Shown piece by piece: positions 21,088 to 32,892 of a stretch of 64,000 bases of DNA. Where the stretch lies: contig KV454013.1 of NCBI GenBank assembly GCA_001661245.1, positions 83,005 through 147,004 of the forward strand, in the 5' to 3' direction. The stretch's first letter is position 1, and every line of letters begins with the position of its first letter. The notes under the pieces are model-generated. The model did not search any database and was not told where the DNA came from. It was given only the letters and a program-made list of their open reading frames with translations. Source of the stretch: Pachysolen tannophilus NRRL Y-2460. Its lineage: Eukaryota. Both the position numbers and the translations under genes were made by a program.

Positions 21088-21642
21088 TATTTCTTACAAT
21101 TGTACAACAAGAATAAAAACACATGCACATTCACACAACACACATATATATATATATATCGATATATCAATATATATGAATTTTCTTTTTGATTTGATTA
21201 AAGAAAGTTTCTTACCTTTAAAACATGGTATATATTTCTATGGGCGAATTTTCTTCTTCTTCTTCTTTTTTTTTCCGCTTAGAAAAATTTCAACCAAAAA
21301 TCACATCGCATTTTACTATGCGCAAGTGCGGTTGGATTTACTGGTTTTTAAAACGCACTTGTGCATATGCACTTGTTTACCGCAAAAAGTTTTATATGCG
21401 TACACTTATTTTGGAAAAATGCGCGCATTTAATTTTTGTTTTTGTTTTTGTTTGTTTACGCACTACTGTTTTGAGTGTTTCTTTTTAATCATTGATCTTA
21501 GAGATAGAACTTAGAGATCAAGTCTAAGTATATAAATAATAGTTGTTTTTTTTTTTTTTTTTATAGGTTTTTCGAAATCAAAAGAATTGGCGAGGTATTT
21601 GCTTTTTTGGAGGCATTGGCTTCTTTCGGTTAGATTGTTTAA

Positions 21643-23421
21643 ATGTTTTTTGATGCTAAAAATTCTGTTTTCAATTGGCGAAACATTTACATCTTGTCGG
21701 TTCCACTGAGATTTTTTTTCGCATTACAACCATCTTATTTACACCCAGATGAGCATTTCCAAAATTTTGAAGTCTTAACTAATAGTTTGTTAAAATATAA
21801 TACTAATGTGCCGTGGGAATTCTGGGAGGATTCACCAGCTCGTTCGGTTTTACCGTTATTGATCCATTATGGTCCTGTATTAGGTTTGATCAGGTTTTTC
21901 AAATTGGATGTGGATCCTATTATAATTTATTATATTCATAGATTTATCTTTTGTTTTATATCATGGATCGTTACTGATTGGTGTATTTATAGGATTATGC
22001 CTACAAAGCAGGAAAGAATTAAGACCATATATTTCAATAGTGTGAATTATATAAGTTTATGTTATCAATCTCATTGTTTTAGTAACTCGGTGGAAACTTG
22101 GTATTTATTATTAACTTTAGTTATTATAGAAAATTTTAGAAATACACTTGAAGTATTTGATAAACTGAATAATGAACATAAAAAAATTTTAATTTCACAA
22201 AATTTGAAACAAAGTATTTACTTGGGAGTGTTAATAGCTATAGGATTATTGAATAGAATTACATTTTTAAGTTGGCTTATTTTCCCAAGTATTTTTCTTT
22301 TAAAATTTTGGTTCACAATTTCTTTAAAAAGTTTTATAATAACTTTTTCATCATTTTCATTAACAATTTTAATTGGAATTCTGACTGATATTTGGTGGTT
22401 CAATAAAGATAATATAGTTTATGAATTAATAATTCCTAACTTACATGAATTTTATACATCTTTCAATTATCTCTATTTAATCAATATTTTAAGAAAATTG
22501 GTGGAATTTAGTATACCCGATTATACAAATCAGCGAGCATCTATAATACCAATAGTTAATAACTTTGCTTATAATTTAAATAAGGACAATTTAATTAAAC
22601 ATGGTTTACATTCTAAATTCAATCATATTTTAACAAATATTCCATTAATTTTTGGACCTTCATTAATATTAATTATTTTCCAAAAATCATATCTTAGGAC
22701 AACCCCATTTTTAAGTTTAATAAGTGGTTTATCATTTCTAAGTTTAATCCCACATCAAGAATTAAGATTCCTAATGCCATTAGTGCCCTTGGGGTGTGCA
22801 TGTATTAATTTATACATTTCCAATAAAGATAAACAAGAGAATACTAATTTTTTCAATTTAAAACTGAATTTCATTAAGTGGATACTTAAAGCAACAATTT
22901 TTTTCAATTTAATCATGTCAATATTGATGGGAATATTTCATCAAGGTGGTGTTATTCCAACTTTAGAATTTTTACACAATAATAAAAATAATATTATATC
23001 TGTATATTGGAGAACATATAATCCTCCATCTTGGCTATTGGGAGATGAAACCCTTAAAATATATCAAAATTTTTCTGATTTAGGAGAAAATAGATCTCAA
23101 AAATTGTATGAATTCATTGATAATATTTCTTCTTCTTCTATTGAAAATAATTACCTTATAGATTCTATGGGAATAGATAGCGAACTGATAATTAAGAGTT
23201 TACAGAAACTTTTGGTAAAGGGAAATACAAATGACATAATTTTTGTTGCACCTATTGCATCATTTAATAATCATTTCAAAGATAATAATCATGGCCTAAA
23301 TTTTACTCAAGAATTTAGTTCTATCTTGCATTATGATTTTGATCATTTTGATGAATTTGAAGAATATGGCTACAAAGTGTTTATACCAGGTATTGGTGCT
23401 TGGAAAGTTGAATTACTATAA
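21643..23421 (+). CDS. SMP3: GPI mannosyltransferase 4 (Smp3/PIG-Z)
   Basis: PSYLHPDEHFQ, YQSHCFSNSVET, PHQELRFL and HQGGVIP motifs; multi-pass hydrophobic protein. Confidence 0.94.
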   Translation: MFFDAKNSVFNWRNIYILSVPLRFFFALQPSYLHPDEHFQNFEVLTNSLLKYNTNVPWEFWEDSPARSVLPLLIHYGPVLGLIRFFKLDVDPIIIYYIHRFIFCFISWIVTDWCIYRIMPTKQERIKTIYFNSVNYISLCYQSHCFSNSVETWYLLLTLVIIENFRNTLEVFDKLNNEHKKILISQNLKQSIYLGVLIAIGLLNRITFLSWLIFPSIFLLKFWFTISLKSFIITFSSFSLTILIGILTDIWWFNKDNIVYELIIPNLHEFYTSFNYLYLINILRKLVEFSIPDYTNQRASIIPIVNNFAYNLNKDNLIKHGLHSKFNHILTNIPLIFGPSLILIIFQKSYLRTTPFLSLISGLSFLSLIPHQELRFLMPLVPLGCACINLYISNKDKQENTNFFNLKLNFIKWILKATIFFNLIMSILMGIFHQGGVIPTLEFLHNNKNNIISVYWRTYNPPSWLLGDETLKIYQNFSDLGENRSQKLYEFIDNISSSSIENNYLIDSMGIDSELIIKSLQKLLVKGNTNDIIFVAPIASFNNHFKDNNHGLNFTQEFSSILHYDFDHFDEFEEYGYKVFIPGIGAWKVELL

Positions 23422-23655
23422 TAAATATTAATTAAAACTGATTTCATTTTCCGTTTTCTTTTTTGTTTTAAAAAAAATTTTTTTTTTTTTTTGTTTTGTT
23501 TATTTAAGACCAATATAATAAAAGACAAATAAATTAGATGGAAATTTTATTTTAAAATGAAAAATTCAAGTCAAAAACAAAAAAGAAAAAAAAAAAAAGA
23601 TAAGATGAAATATAAAAATTAAGTAATTTTTTTTTTTTTTTTTTTGATGATTTGA

Positions 23656-24942
23656 TTATTTATAAAAATCAAACTTATCGACATCGCTACCTGTTTTAAC
23701 TTGACTAGTATAAGCTTCTTCTAAATCATTTTGTAATATGACATATCTATTTTTCCTAACAGCTCTTAATCCAGCTTCTTGCATGATTGCAGCAATGACT
23801 GCACCACTTACTGCGTCATTTCTAATGATTAAACTATCCAAATCACATTCAGGAGCCAATGACATATTTGCAGCAATAGTTGCAAAAATTAATCTTCTTT
23901 CTCTTCTATCTTTTAAATTTGGGAATTCAATTTTTCTATCCAATCTACCTGGTCTTAATAAAGCAGGATCTAAAGTATCAGCTCTATTTGTAGCCATAAT
24001 TACTTTAACATTTGTTGATTGTTCAAATCCATCCATTTGTGTCAATAATTCTATCAAGATTCTTTGAACTTCTCTATCTGCACCAGTTTGAGCATCAAAT
24101 CTTTTTGTTGCTATAGCATCAACTTCATCAATGAATATAATTGAAGGAGCATTTTCTCTTGCTAATCTAAATACATCTCTAACCATTCTTGGACCTTCAC
24201 CAAGATATTTCTGGACAAATTCAGAACCAACAACTCTAATAAATGAAGCACTTGAAGAATTTGCAACTGCTTTAACTAACATTGTCTTACCTGTACCTGG
24301 AGGACCATATAATAATACACCTCTTGGAGGATCTATACCAATTTGTTTATATAAATCTGCTTGTACTAATGGTAATTCAACAGCTTCTCTAATTTCTTGT
24401 TTTTGCATATCCAAACCACCAATATCATTATAAGTAACATCTGGTTTTTCATCTTCACCAACTATTGAAATTGAAGAATCAGCTTCTGGCGGTAATATAG
24501 CAACTAAAGCATTTGAATGTCTATGTAATGCAACAGAAGAAGAAGGTTTTAATAATTCCCTATCCAATGTTGAAAGAATTCTAACCACATAATTCGAACC
24601 TGTAGTAGATGAAACAATACCTGTATGTTGATCAATTGGTTCTAAAAATTGCCCTATAACCAATGGAACAGATTGAATTCTTTTAACTTCTTCTTGAGCT
24701 CTAATTAATTCTCTTTTTAAATGACGTTGTTCATCTTTAATATAATCCTCTTGTAACTCAATCAAATCTAACTCTTTTTCCAACTTCTTCAACTTCAAAT
24801 AAACATCACCATTCAAATCTTGTTGTTGTAATTGTTGTTGTTGTTGATCTTGTAAAGAAAAATTCGATTTCTTATTAAGTAAAGAATCACTCTTATTTAT
24901 TAAATCAGAATCCCCAGATGCAGAAATTCCTAACTCTTCCAT
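23656..24942 (-). CDS. RPT3: 26S proteasome AAA-ATPase Rpt3
   Basis: [35 protein letters not shown] and C-terminal FDFYK. Confidence 0.98.
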   Translation of the reverse strand: MEELGISASGDSDLINKSDSLLNKKSNFSLQDQQQQQLQQQDLNGDVYLKLKKLEKELDLIELQEDYIKDEQRHLKRELIRAQEEVKRIQSVPLVIGQFLEPIDQHTGIVSSTTGSNYVVRILSTLDRELLKPSSSVALHRHSNALVAILPPEADSSISIVGEDEKPDVTYNDIGGLDMQKQEIREAVELPLVQADLYKQIGIDPPRGVLLYGPPGTGKTMLVKAVANSSSASFIRVVGSEFVQKYLGEGPRMVRDVFRLARENAPSIIFIDEVDAIATKRFDAQTGADREVQRILIELLTQMDGFEQSTNVKVIMATNRADTLDPALLRPGRLDRKIEFPNLKDRRERRLIFATIAANMSLAPECDLDSLIIRNDAVSGAVIAAIMQEAGLRAVRKNRYVILQNDLEEAYTSQVKTGSDVDKFDFYK

Positions 24943-25111
24943 AATTTACAACTTCAATACTAAAAACTCAACCCAATAAAAAAAAACACACCAATTACGA
25001 AAAATTCCAAATCTTTATTAAATATCTCAACTAAAATTTTCCAATTTATAACTTCTAATTCAATTAATAATATATTATATAATTTATAATTTATATTCTT
25101 GTTTTTGTTAT

Positions 25112-25121
25112 TTTGGCCACC
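25112..25121 (-). promoter_or_regulatory. PACE/Rpn4-like element upstream of RPT3
   Basis: GGTGGCCAAA on the minus strand about 170 bp upstream of the RPT3 ATG; one mismatch from GGTGGCAAA. Confidence 0.55.
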
Positions 25122-25352
25122 GATTTTTTCTTTAATCAAAGAAAATCATCATCATCACCAGAAAAGTCGTCTTCAGAAAATCAAATTTCCCAAAACGGGT
25201 TTTGTTAGTGAAGAGAAAAAATTTTTTAAAGAAACCATAATAAAAAGAAGAAGAAGAAGAGAAGATGATGATAAAGAGATGATAAAGTGATGAGATAAAG
25301 ATAATTTGGCGGTATTTATTGATTGCTGGGATATTGAGTTTTTAAAGAGGTT

Positions 25353-26729
25353 ATGGGGTCGAGGTTAGTGTTGCGAGATGATTTGAAAGAGAAGGAGACG
25401 ATTACTGAAAAATACGGGAAGTATGTGAATAATGATAAGCAAAAAAGTGTAAAGACAATAAATGATAAGGCTAATAGAGCTACAGTTGATCAAGTATTAG
25501 ATCCAAGGACTATTCGATTTGTTAAGAAACTTTTCAGTAATGGGCTTATTACTGAGATGAATGGTACGATTTCTACTGGGAAAGAGGCTAATGTTTATCA
25601 TTGTTATAATAAAGATACTAATATTGAATATGCTCTTAAAATTTATAAAACTTCTATATTAGTTTTCAAAGATAGAAGTAGATATATTGCTAATGAATAT
25701 AGATTTCAAAATAATACATCTACTAATCCAAGAAAAATGATTAAACTTTGGGCTGAAAAGGAATTTAGAAATTTGAATAGGTTATATGCAAATAATATTC
25801 CATGTCCAAAACCAATAGAATTAAAATCTCATGCTTTATTAATGGAATATCTAACAAAGGGAAATCATGAACCTTCACCAAAATTAAAAGATTATGATTT
25901 TAAAAATTTAGATCAAATTATCTTTTTTTATCATCAAATGATCATTTATATGAGAAGAATGTTTCAAGAATGTAAATTAGTTCATGCAGATTTATCAGAA
26001 TATAATTCAATAATTCATAATGGAAAACTTTATATTATTGATGTTTCACAATCAGTTGAACCAGAACATCCAATGTCTTTAGATTTTTTAAGAATGGATA
26101 TTAAAAATATAAATGATTTTTTCACTAAAAAAGGTTTAAAAGATATTGCAATAATAAGTGAAAAATCTATTTTCCAATTTATAATTCAAGATATTAAAAA
26201 TTTTAATAATTTTAATAATTCAATAGATTTTAAAAATATAATTTCTTTAGAAAAAGAATATTTTAAAATATTGGAAAATTTACCAATAAAATCATCTTCT
26301 TATAAAGATGATTTAGAAGATGAAATTTTTAGATCTATTCATCTTGTTAGATCTTTAAATCATTTAGAAGAAAGAGATTTTGAAGAATATTCTCAAGGAA
26401 ATATAGATACTTTGAAAAAATTATCAATCGATGTAGTTCATAGTTCAGATTCAGATTATACCGATTCAGATTCTGATACAGATTCTGACACAGATACTGA
26501 AAATCATCTTCATGATGATGATGATGATGATGAAAATCAAGAAGATTCTGCAAAAGAATCATGGGAAGAAAGACCAAAAGAATTAAAAGGTAAAAAATAT
26601 GAAGATAAAACATTTAAAAAGGAAAGAAAGAAAGAACAAAAAGATCTTGCAAGAGAAAAGAGAAAGACAAAAATGAAAAAACATGTAAAAAAGAAACTTG
26701 TTGCAAAATCCAGTTCTAATAAAAATTAA
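25353..26729 (+). CDS. RIO1: Atypical kinase Rio1 (40S maturation)
   Basis: ISTGKEANVYH, KIYKTSILVFKDR, LVHADLSEYN, IIDVSQSVE and a Lys-rich tail. RRPE-like and GATGAG (PAC-like) motifs lie upstream. Confidence 0.97.
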   Translation: MGSRLVLRDDLKEKETITEKYGKYVNNDKQKSVKTINDKANRATVDQVLDPRTIRFVKKLFSNGLITEMNGTISTGKEANVYHCYNKDTNIEYALKIYKTSILVFKDRSRYIANEYRFQNNTSTNPRKMIKLWAEKEFRNLNRLYANNIPCPKPIELKSHALLMEYLTKGNHEPSPKLKDYDFKNLDQIIFFYHQMIIYMRRMFQECKLVHADLSEYNSIIHNGKLYIIDVSQSVEPEHPMSLDFLRMDIKNINDFFTKKGLKDIAIISEKSIFQFIIQDIKNFNNFNNSIDFKNIISLEKEYFKILENLPIKSSSYKDDLEDEIFRSIHLVRSLNHLEERDFEEYSQGNIDTLKKLSIDVVHSSDSDYTDSDSDTDSDTDTENHLHDDDDDDENQEDSAKESWEERPKELKGKKYEDKTFKKERKKEQKDLAREKRKTKMKKHVKKKLVAKSSSNKN

Positions 26730-26865
26730 TTCAAATAAATAACTACATAAACTTTTTCCATCAATAAAGTAAACCATTTTGTCATTGTTGTTGTTCTTGT
26801 TGGCATTTATATTATAAATTCTTTCTTATACATATCTAATAAAATAGGTAAAACTAGTTATATTT

Positions 26866-27477
26866 CTATATCAATTCTGTACTTAAATCATCTTCTATCC
26901 CATTTTGAAATTTACTTGGTAGTAACTCATCTAAAACCAACACTTTTTTCATATAATAAGCATCCTCTCCATCTTGATAATATTTATCTTCAATTGATAA
27001 AACTTCAAACAGTAAAGTATCCTTATATAAATGTAATGCAGCTCTATTGGATTTTCTAACATGTAATGAAACATATTCGGCTTTATAATTCTCTGTTAAT
27101 GAGTATAAACATTGCCTCATCAATTTTTCAGCAATCCCCATCTTTCTATAAGTCCTCATGACAGATAAAGAAGTAACATGTCCATTAGGTGGATTTTTCA
27201 GTTGAGATTCTGGATCATCATCCATTTTCCCCAAAACATAACCAACAATTTTTTCATTCTCCCTACTAATATAATTACAATCATACTTAACAACATCACT
27301 TTCATCTTCATCATTTACAGTATCGTCATATGTACAAGCAACAAATGAACCTTGAGGCCATGAAAGAAGGTGATACATATAATATTTCATCGTATAATTC
27401 TCCGGTAAATTCTGTAAATTGGTATTCTGCATTGCCTGAATATCATCAATGGTTGCTTGTCTTATTGTAATCCCCAT
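26866..27477 (-). CDS. ARD1: NatA catalytic N-acetyltransferase Ard1/Naa10
   Basis: [42 protein letters not shown] and YYQDGEDAY. Confidence 0.97.
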   Translation of the reverse strand: MGITIRQATIDDIQAMQNTNLQNLPENYTMKYYMYHLLSWPQGSFVACTYDDTVNDEDESDVVKYDCNYISRENEKIVGYVLGKMDDDPESQLKNPPNGHVTSLSVMRTYRKMGIAEKLMRQCLYSLTENYKAEYVSLHVRKSNRAALHLYKDTLLFEVLSIEDKYYQDGEDAYYMKKVLVLDELLPSKFQNGIEDDLSTELI

Positions 27478-27732
27478 CTTGTCACCAGCCTTTTCTCTCT
27501 TTAACTTATCCTATTAGTTGTTTTAAATCAATGAATATTTATCAATTTTTATCAATTTTGGTCAATTTTGATCAATTTTTTTTTTTATTTTTTCATCATC
27601 TTTTTTTCACCTGTTGTTGTGTATAATACAAATTTAAAAGAGAAACAAATTATTTATAATTATTTATATAAAGTGAAATAGATAATAATTACGAAGGTGA
27701 TTATTTTATAGAAGAGATAGAATAGATTAATC

Positions 27733-28407
27733 ATGGCTAGCCAGAGTATATTGAATCCGCTATCATCCATATCGAACACATCTTCATCGGCGGCTTTGAA
27801 AAATAAGCCTGCTTCATCAATTTATGATAAGAATTTATTCCGAAATAACCATGATATAAATTTATCATCGTTAAGTTTTTTATTTTCAGAAATGATAAGT
27901 TTATCACAAAGTAATTCTAAAGGAATTCAACATTTGGAGAAGAAATTGAATAATTTAGGTTATTCTATAGGTATAAAATATTTGGAATTAATTAATTTAA
28001 GAGAGAATTATATAAATAATTTAAACAGTAATAAAAATTATGTTAATGGAAGAAGAGAAATAAGAATTATTGAATTATTACAATTTATTCATACAAAAGT
28101 TTGGAAATCATTATTTGGTAAAATTGCAAATAATTTAGAAAAATCTTCAGATAAATTAAATGAATATATGATTACAGATGATGAACCAATTTTCTCTAAA
28201 TTCATCTCAATTCCAAAAGATTTCGGTGATTTGAATTGTTGCGCTTTTGTTGCTGGTATAATAGAAGGTATAACTGATAGCGCATATTTACAAGCAACTG
28301 TTACTGCTCATACTGTTGCTAGTGCTGAGTTTCCAACTAGAACAGTCTATTTAATCAATTTTAACGAAGATGTCATAAAGAGAGAAAAATTGAGATTTAA
28401 GAATTAA
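27733..28407 (+). CDS. TRS31: TRAPP complex subunit Trs31
   Basis: SLSFLFSEMI, LGYSIG, FIHTKVWKSLFGK and LNCCAFVAGIIEG. Confidence 0.94.
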   Translation: MASQSILNPLSSISNTSSSAALKNKPASSIYDKNLFRNNHDINLSSLSFLFSEMISLSQSNSKGIQHLEKKLNNLGYSIGIKYLELINLRENYINNLNSNKNYVNGRREIRIIELLQFIHTKVWKSLFGKIANNLEKSSDKLNEYMITDDEPIFSKFISIPKDFGDLNCCAFVAGIIEGITDSAYLQATVTAHTVASAEFPTRTVYLINFNEDVIKREKLRFKN

Positions 28408-28814
28408 TCCATAGGTGACACAAGACTTACAATTACCCAATTACCTATACTCATCTTTCTCTCTTTCTGTCTCTTTCTGCCCATTATCCCAATATTATCT
28501 TAACTCTCGTCGGTTCTAATTCTTATCTTGAAACTGGATTTACATTATGACTTCCGTATTAAGTAATTATTTCCCTGATTAGATATATCAGTTTCCTAAT
28601 ATGGAATGATATTACCCAAAGAGGAAATGCCATTGCAATATTTCTTTAATACTGACTTTTTTTTTTTAAAGTATATATAATAAATATATAATATATAGAA
28701 GAAGAAGAAGAATTAGTTTTCAAGATTTTATTCAATATAGATTAGCAAGAGTCTAAATTTGAGATTAAAAGGACTGAAAGACCTGTTTGAAGTAGATGAG
28801 TTGTTATCTTGTTA

Positions 28815-29267
28815 ATGGATCGAATAAATAAACTTATACCTTTTCGGAAACAGTTATATTACAAATGGAAGTCTTTAAGAGACATACCCTTCAGAAAACG
28901 GTTTTTCATTGGGTACGATCTAAATGGTAATACATATTGGGAATTTAAATTAGAATCTCGTTCAGGTCGTCTTAGAAGGATATTGGAGCCTTATAAGAGG
29001 AAAGAATTTATGGTGGATTATTATGATACAGTGCCCCCACCATGGCAGCAATGGTTACGATTTAATAGATCTCATTCACCAAGTTTACAAGAATTAATAC
29101 AAGAAGAGAAAAGGATTAAGCAACTTAAAGAAAAGTCTAGTGCTATAGATTCAACTTGGAAACAACGTAAGGATGAAAAAGATTATGAAGATAATTTAAA
29201 ATTAGAAAAAGAGTTAAGAAAACTTAGGCATAATGAGTTGAACATTGAAAAGGAAAGAAAATCATAA
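28815..29267 (+). CDS. NDUFA12/NDUFAF2-like complex I assembly protein
   Basis: KWKSLRDIPFRKRFFIGYDLNGNTYWEF and VPPPWQQWLRFNR..SPSLQEL. ATG at 28815. Confidence 0.82.
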   Translation: MDRINKLIPFRKQLYYKWKSLRDIPFRKRFFIGYDLNGNTYWEFKLESRSGRLRRILEPYKRKEFMVDYYDTVPPPWQQWLRFNRSHSPSLQELIQEEKRIKQLKEKSSAIDSTWKQRKDEKDYEDNLKLEKELRKLRHNELNIEKERKS

Positions 29268-29450
29268 AAATTTATTTATTTATTTATTTATTTATTTTAT
29301 TTTATTTATTAATTCACAAACTATTTAGGAATTTATCTATGGATAGAGTGGGTTTTTAAATCGTAATCATTATTTATTTATACAAGGGGGTCATGCAATA
29401 TTATTATTTTATATAAAGTGAAATCTTTGTATTGATATTTTTTTCAATTA

Positions 29451-32400
29451 TTATTCGATTTTGTTCAATTTTACCTTTAGTAAATCAACTAATTTATCAC
29501 TATATCTTTCCAATAATTCCTCATGGTTGTGCCAATCTTCTTTTCTTGTAAAATTTTCTTTATTACTTTCATCATTTTTCTCATGTAATAATTTTAAACA
29601 AGCTCCTAATTCTAAATCTAATAATTTCTTATTTTCATCTGATAATTCTTGATTTTCCTTTTGTCTTAAGAGATCTTGTAAATCGTGAAGCATAGATAGC
29701 AATACTTTAATATGAAATTTATCTTTTTCGTCGTTGGAATCACCTAAAATCTCTTTTTGAGAAAGATCAGGTGCATTCTTAATTGACAGTTCCTTCAATG
29801 GTGACTTGACAGTTGTTAATCTTGCAAAAGTTGAAGCCGACATCCCCGATTTCCCTGCAGATGGTGAATTTTTTTCTGAATGATTTGTATTTGCATTTGC
29901 AATAACCTGTGATGAAACAGAAGATACCCTAGGAAATTTCAGTCTACTCCTAGTTGGTGATGTACTTGGAGAGTAACATGGCTTTCTTGCTATTGGTGAA
30001 CGGCTTCTACTAGATGGTGAAAACGATGCTGACGATCGAGATGAGGGCAGACTTTTCAAACTGGAAGTAGGTATCGCTTGAGTTGCAGGAACAATCTTTC
30101 TAGTAACTTTTTGAAATGACAGTGGTAAAGTTGTTTCAATTTCCAGGTATCCTGAAACATCATCTGTTGGTTTATTCTCTTGATCTGTTTCTAATTTCCA
30201 ACTAAACATACATCCATCTTTACCAACACTCAATAAAACGTCTTTCTCAAGTTTAAATAATCCTCTTATTAAATCCGAATGGCCCCAATTGCAACATATT
30301 TGCTTACCAGTCAAGAAATTAAAGCAACGCAAACTCTTATCCAGAGATGCCACATATATTAAATCGTTATCAACTAGAAAATTTTCAACCAAAAGTGAAT
30401 TCTGGTTTTCATCCATTAATTTCACAACTCTATTCTTATCAATTGATTTTTCAGAGACTTTGTAAATGGTTAAATTTTTATCGTTGGTCGAAATCACTAG
30501 TTCATCATTAAAAATATTCATCGTTATTGGAGAATTTTTGTCAGATAGAATTTTCTCCTGATATATTATTAAATTCAGTTTTCCGGATTTAACTGTAGAC
30601 GATATTGATTCATTATCTTTGATATCCATACTTTCCAACTGGCCAGTTATAGACGCAAGGTCATCTGTAGTTGAGTCATCTTCATTAATAAATTCAAATT
30701 TATGTATGGACACAGTTCTATCTGAGGAGCATACAAATAATCTATTATTATGATGCACTAATTTGATCAAATTACCTCTGTGTACAGATAAAGTTTGAAA
30801 TAACTCCCATTTACCTTCATCTTTTGTGAAAACCTGAATCATTCTGTCTCTACTTATAGAAACCACTATTTGTTTCTGTTCAATTTGAAATAATGATAAG
30901 TCATTCACACTGGATTCGTGTGCTTTTATGGTAGAAGCCAATTCATAATCATTTTGTTCTTCATTTTTCACTAAGAAATATAAATTACCATATTTATCAC
31001 CTAAAACTAAATCTGAACCATTTGAATCTAGCGCTATCAAATTATTTTGGATCAATTCATTTGTTGGTAAGTTGAAATCAAAGAAAGGAACGATTTCGCC
31101 ATTTTCAAGTTTTTTAATTATTCCATTTCTAGACCATAACAAGAAATCACCATTAAAACACTCTTTTACCCCAGATAAATCTTTCATTAGAGTATTGATT
31201 AAAAGTTTTTCTTTTCCTTTCCACTCGTTACCCATTACCATTACTTTGATTTCTTCGTTATCAGTCAAATAAACGAGTTTATCATCATCTAGTTTGGCCA
31301 ATGTCAATATTCCTTGTCTCTTAGGTATGAGCTTGGAAGGTGATCTTGGTCTTGTTTTCAGGCTAAGCTCCGAGTTTGTTTCTTCTTCATCAAGAGTTTT
31401 ATTTAAAATATCATCTAATTTCATGCTTCTGATACCAGTATCAGCTAGCCACATTAAATTTTCATCAATTAAAATCTTATTTGTCTTTGCAGAAATTTTA
31501 CAAAGTTTCTTCAAAATCAACTGATCATCTAGATCTAATAAACATAGATCTCCCTGATCTGTTAGTAATATCAATTGGTTATAATTTACAAAAGAACAAT
31601 CAATAAAATTATTATTTAAAAGATCGGATAACAAAATATTCCTGCCCTTTAATGGTAAAACTCTTCGCAAAGGTGAACTTTGATCATTTTTTTCTTCAAC
31701 AACAGTCCAAACTTTTACATGTCTTATTCCAATTGTAATCAACATTTGATCATGCCATATTGCCTTGTTAATAGCAAATGAACACTTGTTACTTCCAAAT
31801 AATACAATTTTTTTATTTGGCATAAGCTTCCAGACATTTAAGAATCCATCATTTGTTAAACCTAATGACATCAACATCTTAGAATCTGGTGAGAAATTTA
31901 AACAATTGATTCCAAAATGATGTTCATTAATGATATACACAGGACGACAATTTGCATCTGGAGCTAAAGAATAAATTAAAACTCTTGGTTGATATCCAAC
32001 TTCACCAACGGCTAATAATTTTTCATCTGGTGAAATCGCTATACAACTTATTGTTCTAATTCTATTAGCCAACTTTGAAGGAGAAGTTTGTTGAGAATTT
32101 TCTTCATTGAAAAATCCCACAGATGTTGATAACGATGTACTATTATTTACATTATTTATAGTAGCACTATCATTTAAATTAGACAAATTTGATCCATGTA
32201 TTACTTCTGGCTCATTAGAAATAGGAAACCCATATGCATCAGTCTTATTAATTGATTCTTCAATAGCGCCGCCATTCATTCCAGGTATCATATTCAAGTA
32301 ACTATTAGCAGTTGTCTTTGCATAATGTTTTAACCCCATATTACCAGCATTTTTACTATTCGCACAGAAAAACCTTTGCTTCACAATAGATAAATCAATC

Positions 32401-32570
32401 TTATTGATTTCAGATACAACTACTCCACCGCTGGCAACATAAGCAACTATATTATCCACCACAACAAAATTCGAATCTTTTTGAGATGAGGTACCATAGA
32501 TCTTAGAAATGCTCAACTGTAAATTATTAATATTCAAGCTCACAAAAGTAGAATCAAAATTTGGTGACAT
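29451..32570 (-). CDS. Large WD40-repeat protein, WDR62/MAPKBP1-like
   Basis: AYVASGGVVV, QRFFCA, LLAVGEVGYQPRVLIY, SRDRMIQVF and CSSDRTV motifs, then a Ser/Pro-rich tail and C-terminal LLERYSDKLV helix. ATG at 32570. Confidence 0.75.
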   Translation of the reverse strand: MSPNFDSTFVSLNINNLQLSISKIYGTSSQKDSNFVVVDNIVAYVASGGVVVSEINKIDLSIVKQRFFCANSKNAGNMGLKHYAKTTANSYLNMIPGMNGGAIEESINKTDAYGFPISNEPEVIHGSNLSNLNDSATINNVNNSTSLSTSVGFFNEENSQQTSPSKLANRIRTISCIAISPDEKLLAVGEVGYQPRVLIYSLAPDANCRPVYIINEHHFGINCLNFSPDSKMLMSLGLTNDGFLNVWKLMPNKKIVLFGSNKCSFAINKAIWHDQMLITIGIRHVKVWTVVEEKNDQSSPLRRVLPLKGRNILLSDLLNNNFIDCSFVNYNQLILLTDQGDLCLLDLDDQLILKKLCKISAKTNKILIDENLMWLADTGIRSMKLDDILNKTLDEEETNSELSLKTRPRSPSKLIPKRQGILTLAKLDDDKLVYLTDNEEIKVMVMGNEWKGKEKLLINTLMKDLSGVKECFNGDFLLWSRNGIIKKLENGEIVPFFDFNLPTNELIQNNLIALDSNGSDLVLGDKYGNLYFLVKNEEQNDYELASTIKAHESSVNDLSLFQIEQKQIVVSISRDRMIQVFTKDEGKWELFQTLSVHRGNLIKLVHHNNRLFVCSSDRTVSIHKFEFINEDDSTTDDLASITGQLESMDIKDNESISSTVKSGKLNLIIYQEKILSDKNSPITMNIFNDELVISTNDKNLTIYKVSEKSIDKNRVVKLMDENQNSLLVENFLVDNDLIYVASLDKSLRCFNFLTGKQICCNWGHSDLIRGLFKLEKDVLLSVGKDGCMFSWKLETDQENKPTDDVSGYLEIETTLPLSFQKVTRKIVPATQAIPTSSLKSLPSSRSSASFSPSSRSRSPIARKPCYSPSTSPTRSRLKFPRVSSVSSQVIANANTNHSEKNSPSAGKSGMSASTFARLTTVKSPLKELSIKNAPDLSQKEILGDSNDEKDKFHIKVLLSMLHDLQDLLRQKENQELSDENKKLLDLELGACLKLLHEKNDESNKENFTRKEDWHNHEELLERYSDKLVDLLKVKLNKIE

Positions 32571-32892
32571 CTTGAAACTAAATATTATTCCAACCACTAC
32601 AGAAATTAACCTCTAATAAATCTACCTGATAACTTGAAAAAATAAATTACTATTGAATTCAATCAACAATCCCCGATAACACAATATATTTTACGCTAGC
32701 TTGGTATGTTCTACGTTATGCTTTTGTTCTTTTTGTTTACATTTTCCTCTTTAATAATAAAAACAAAGTGTCATGACACCAAAAATTTTGAGCCGTGACA
32801 TAAGCCAAGCGACACTTCATATAAAGTACGTAGATTTTGACTATACAACAATATATATATATATACATATATATTTCTATATAATATACAAC

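Noticed and set aside
21176..21514. ORFs of 112 and 87 aa in the SXM1/SMP3 promoter
   Set aside because: Phe-rich products of T-runs in a divergent promoter, with no family signal.
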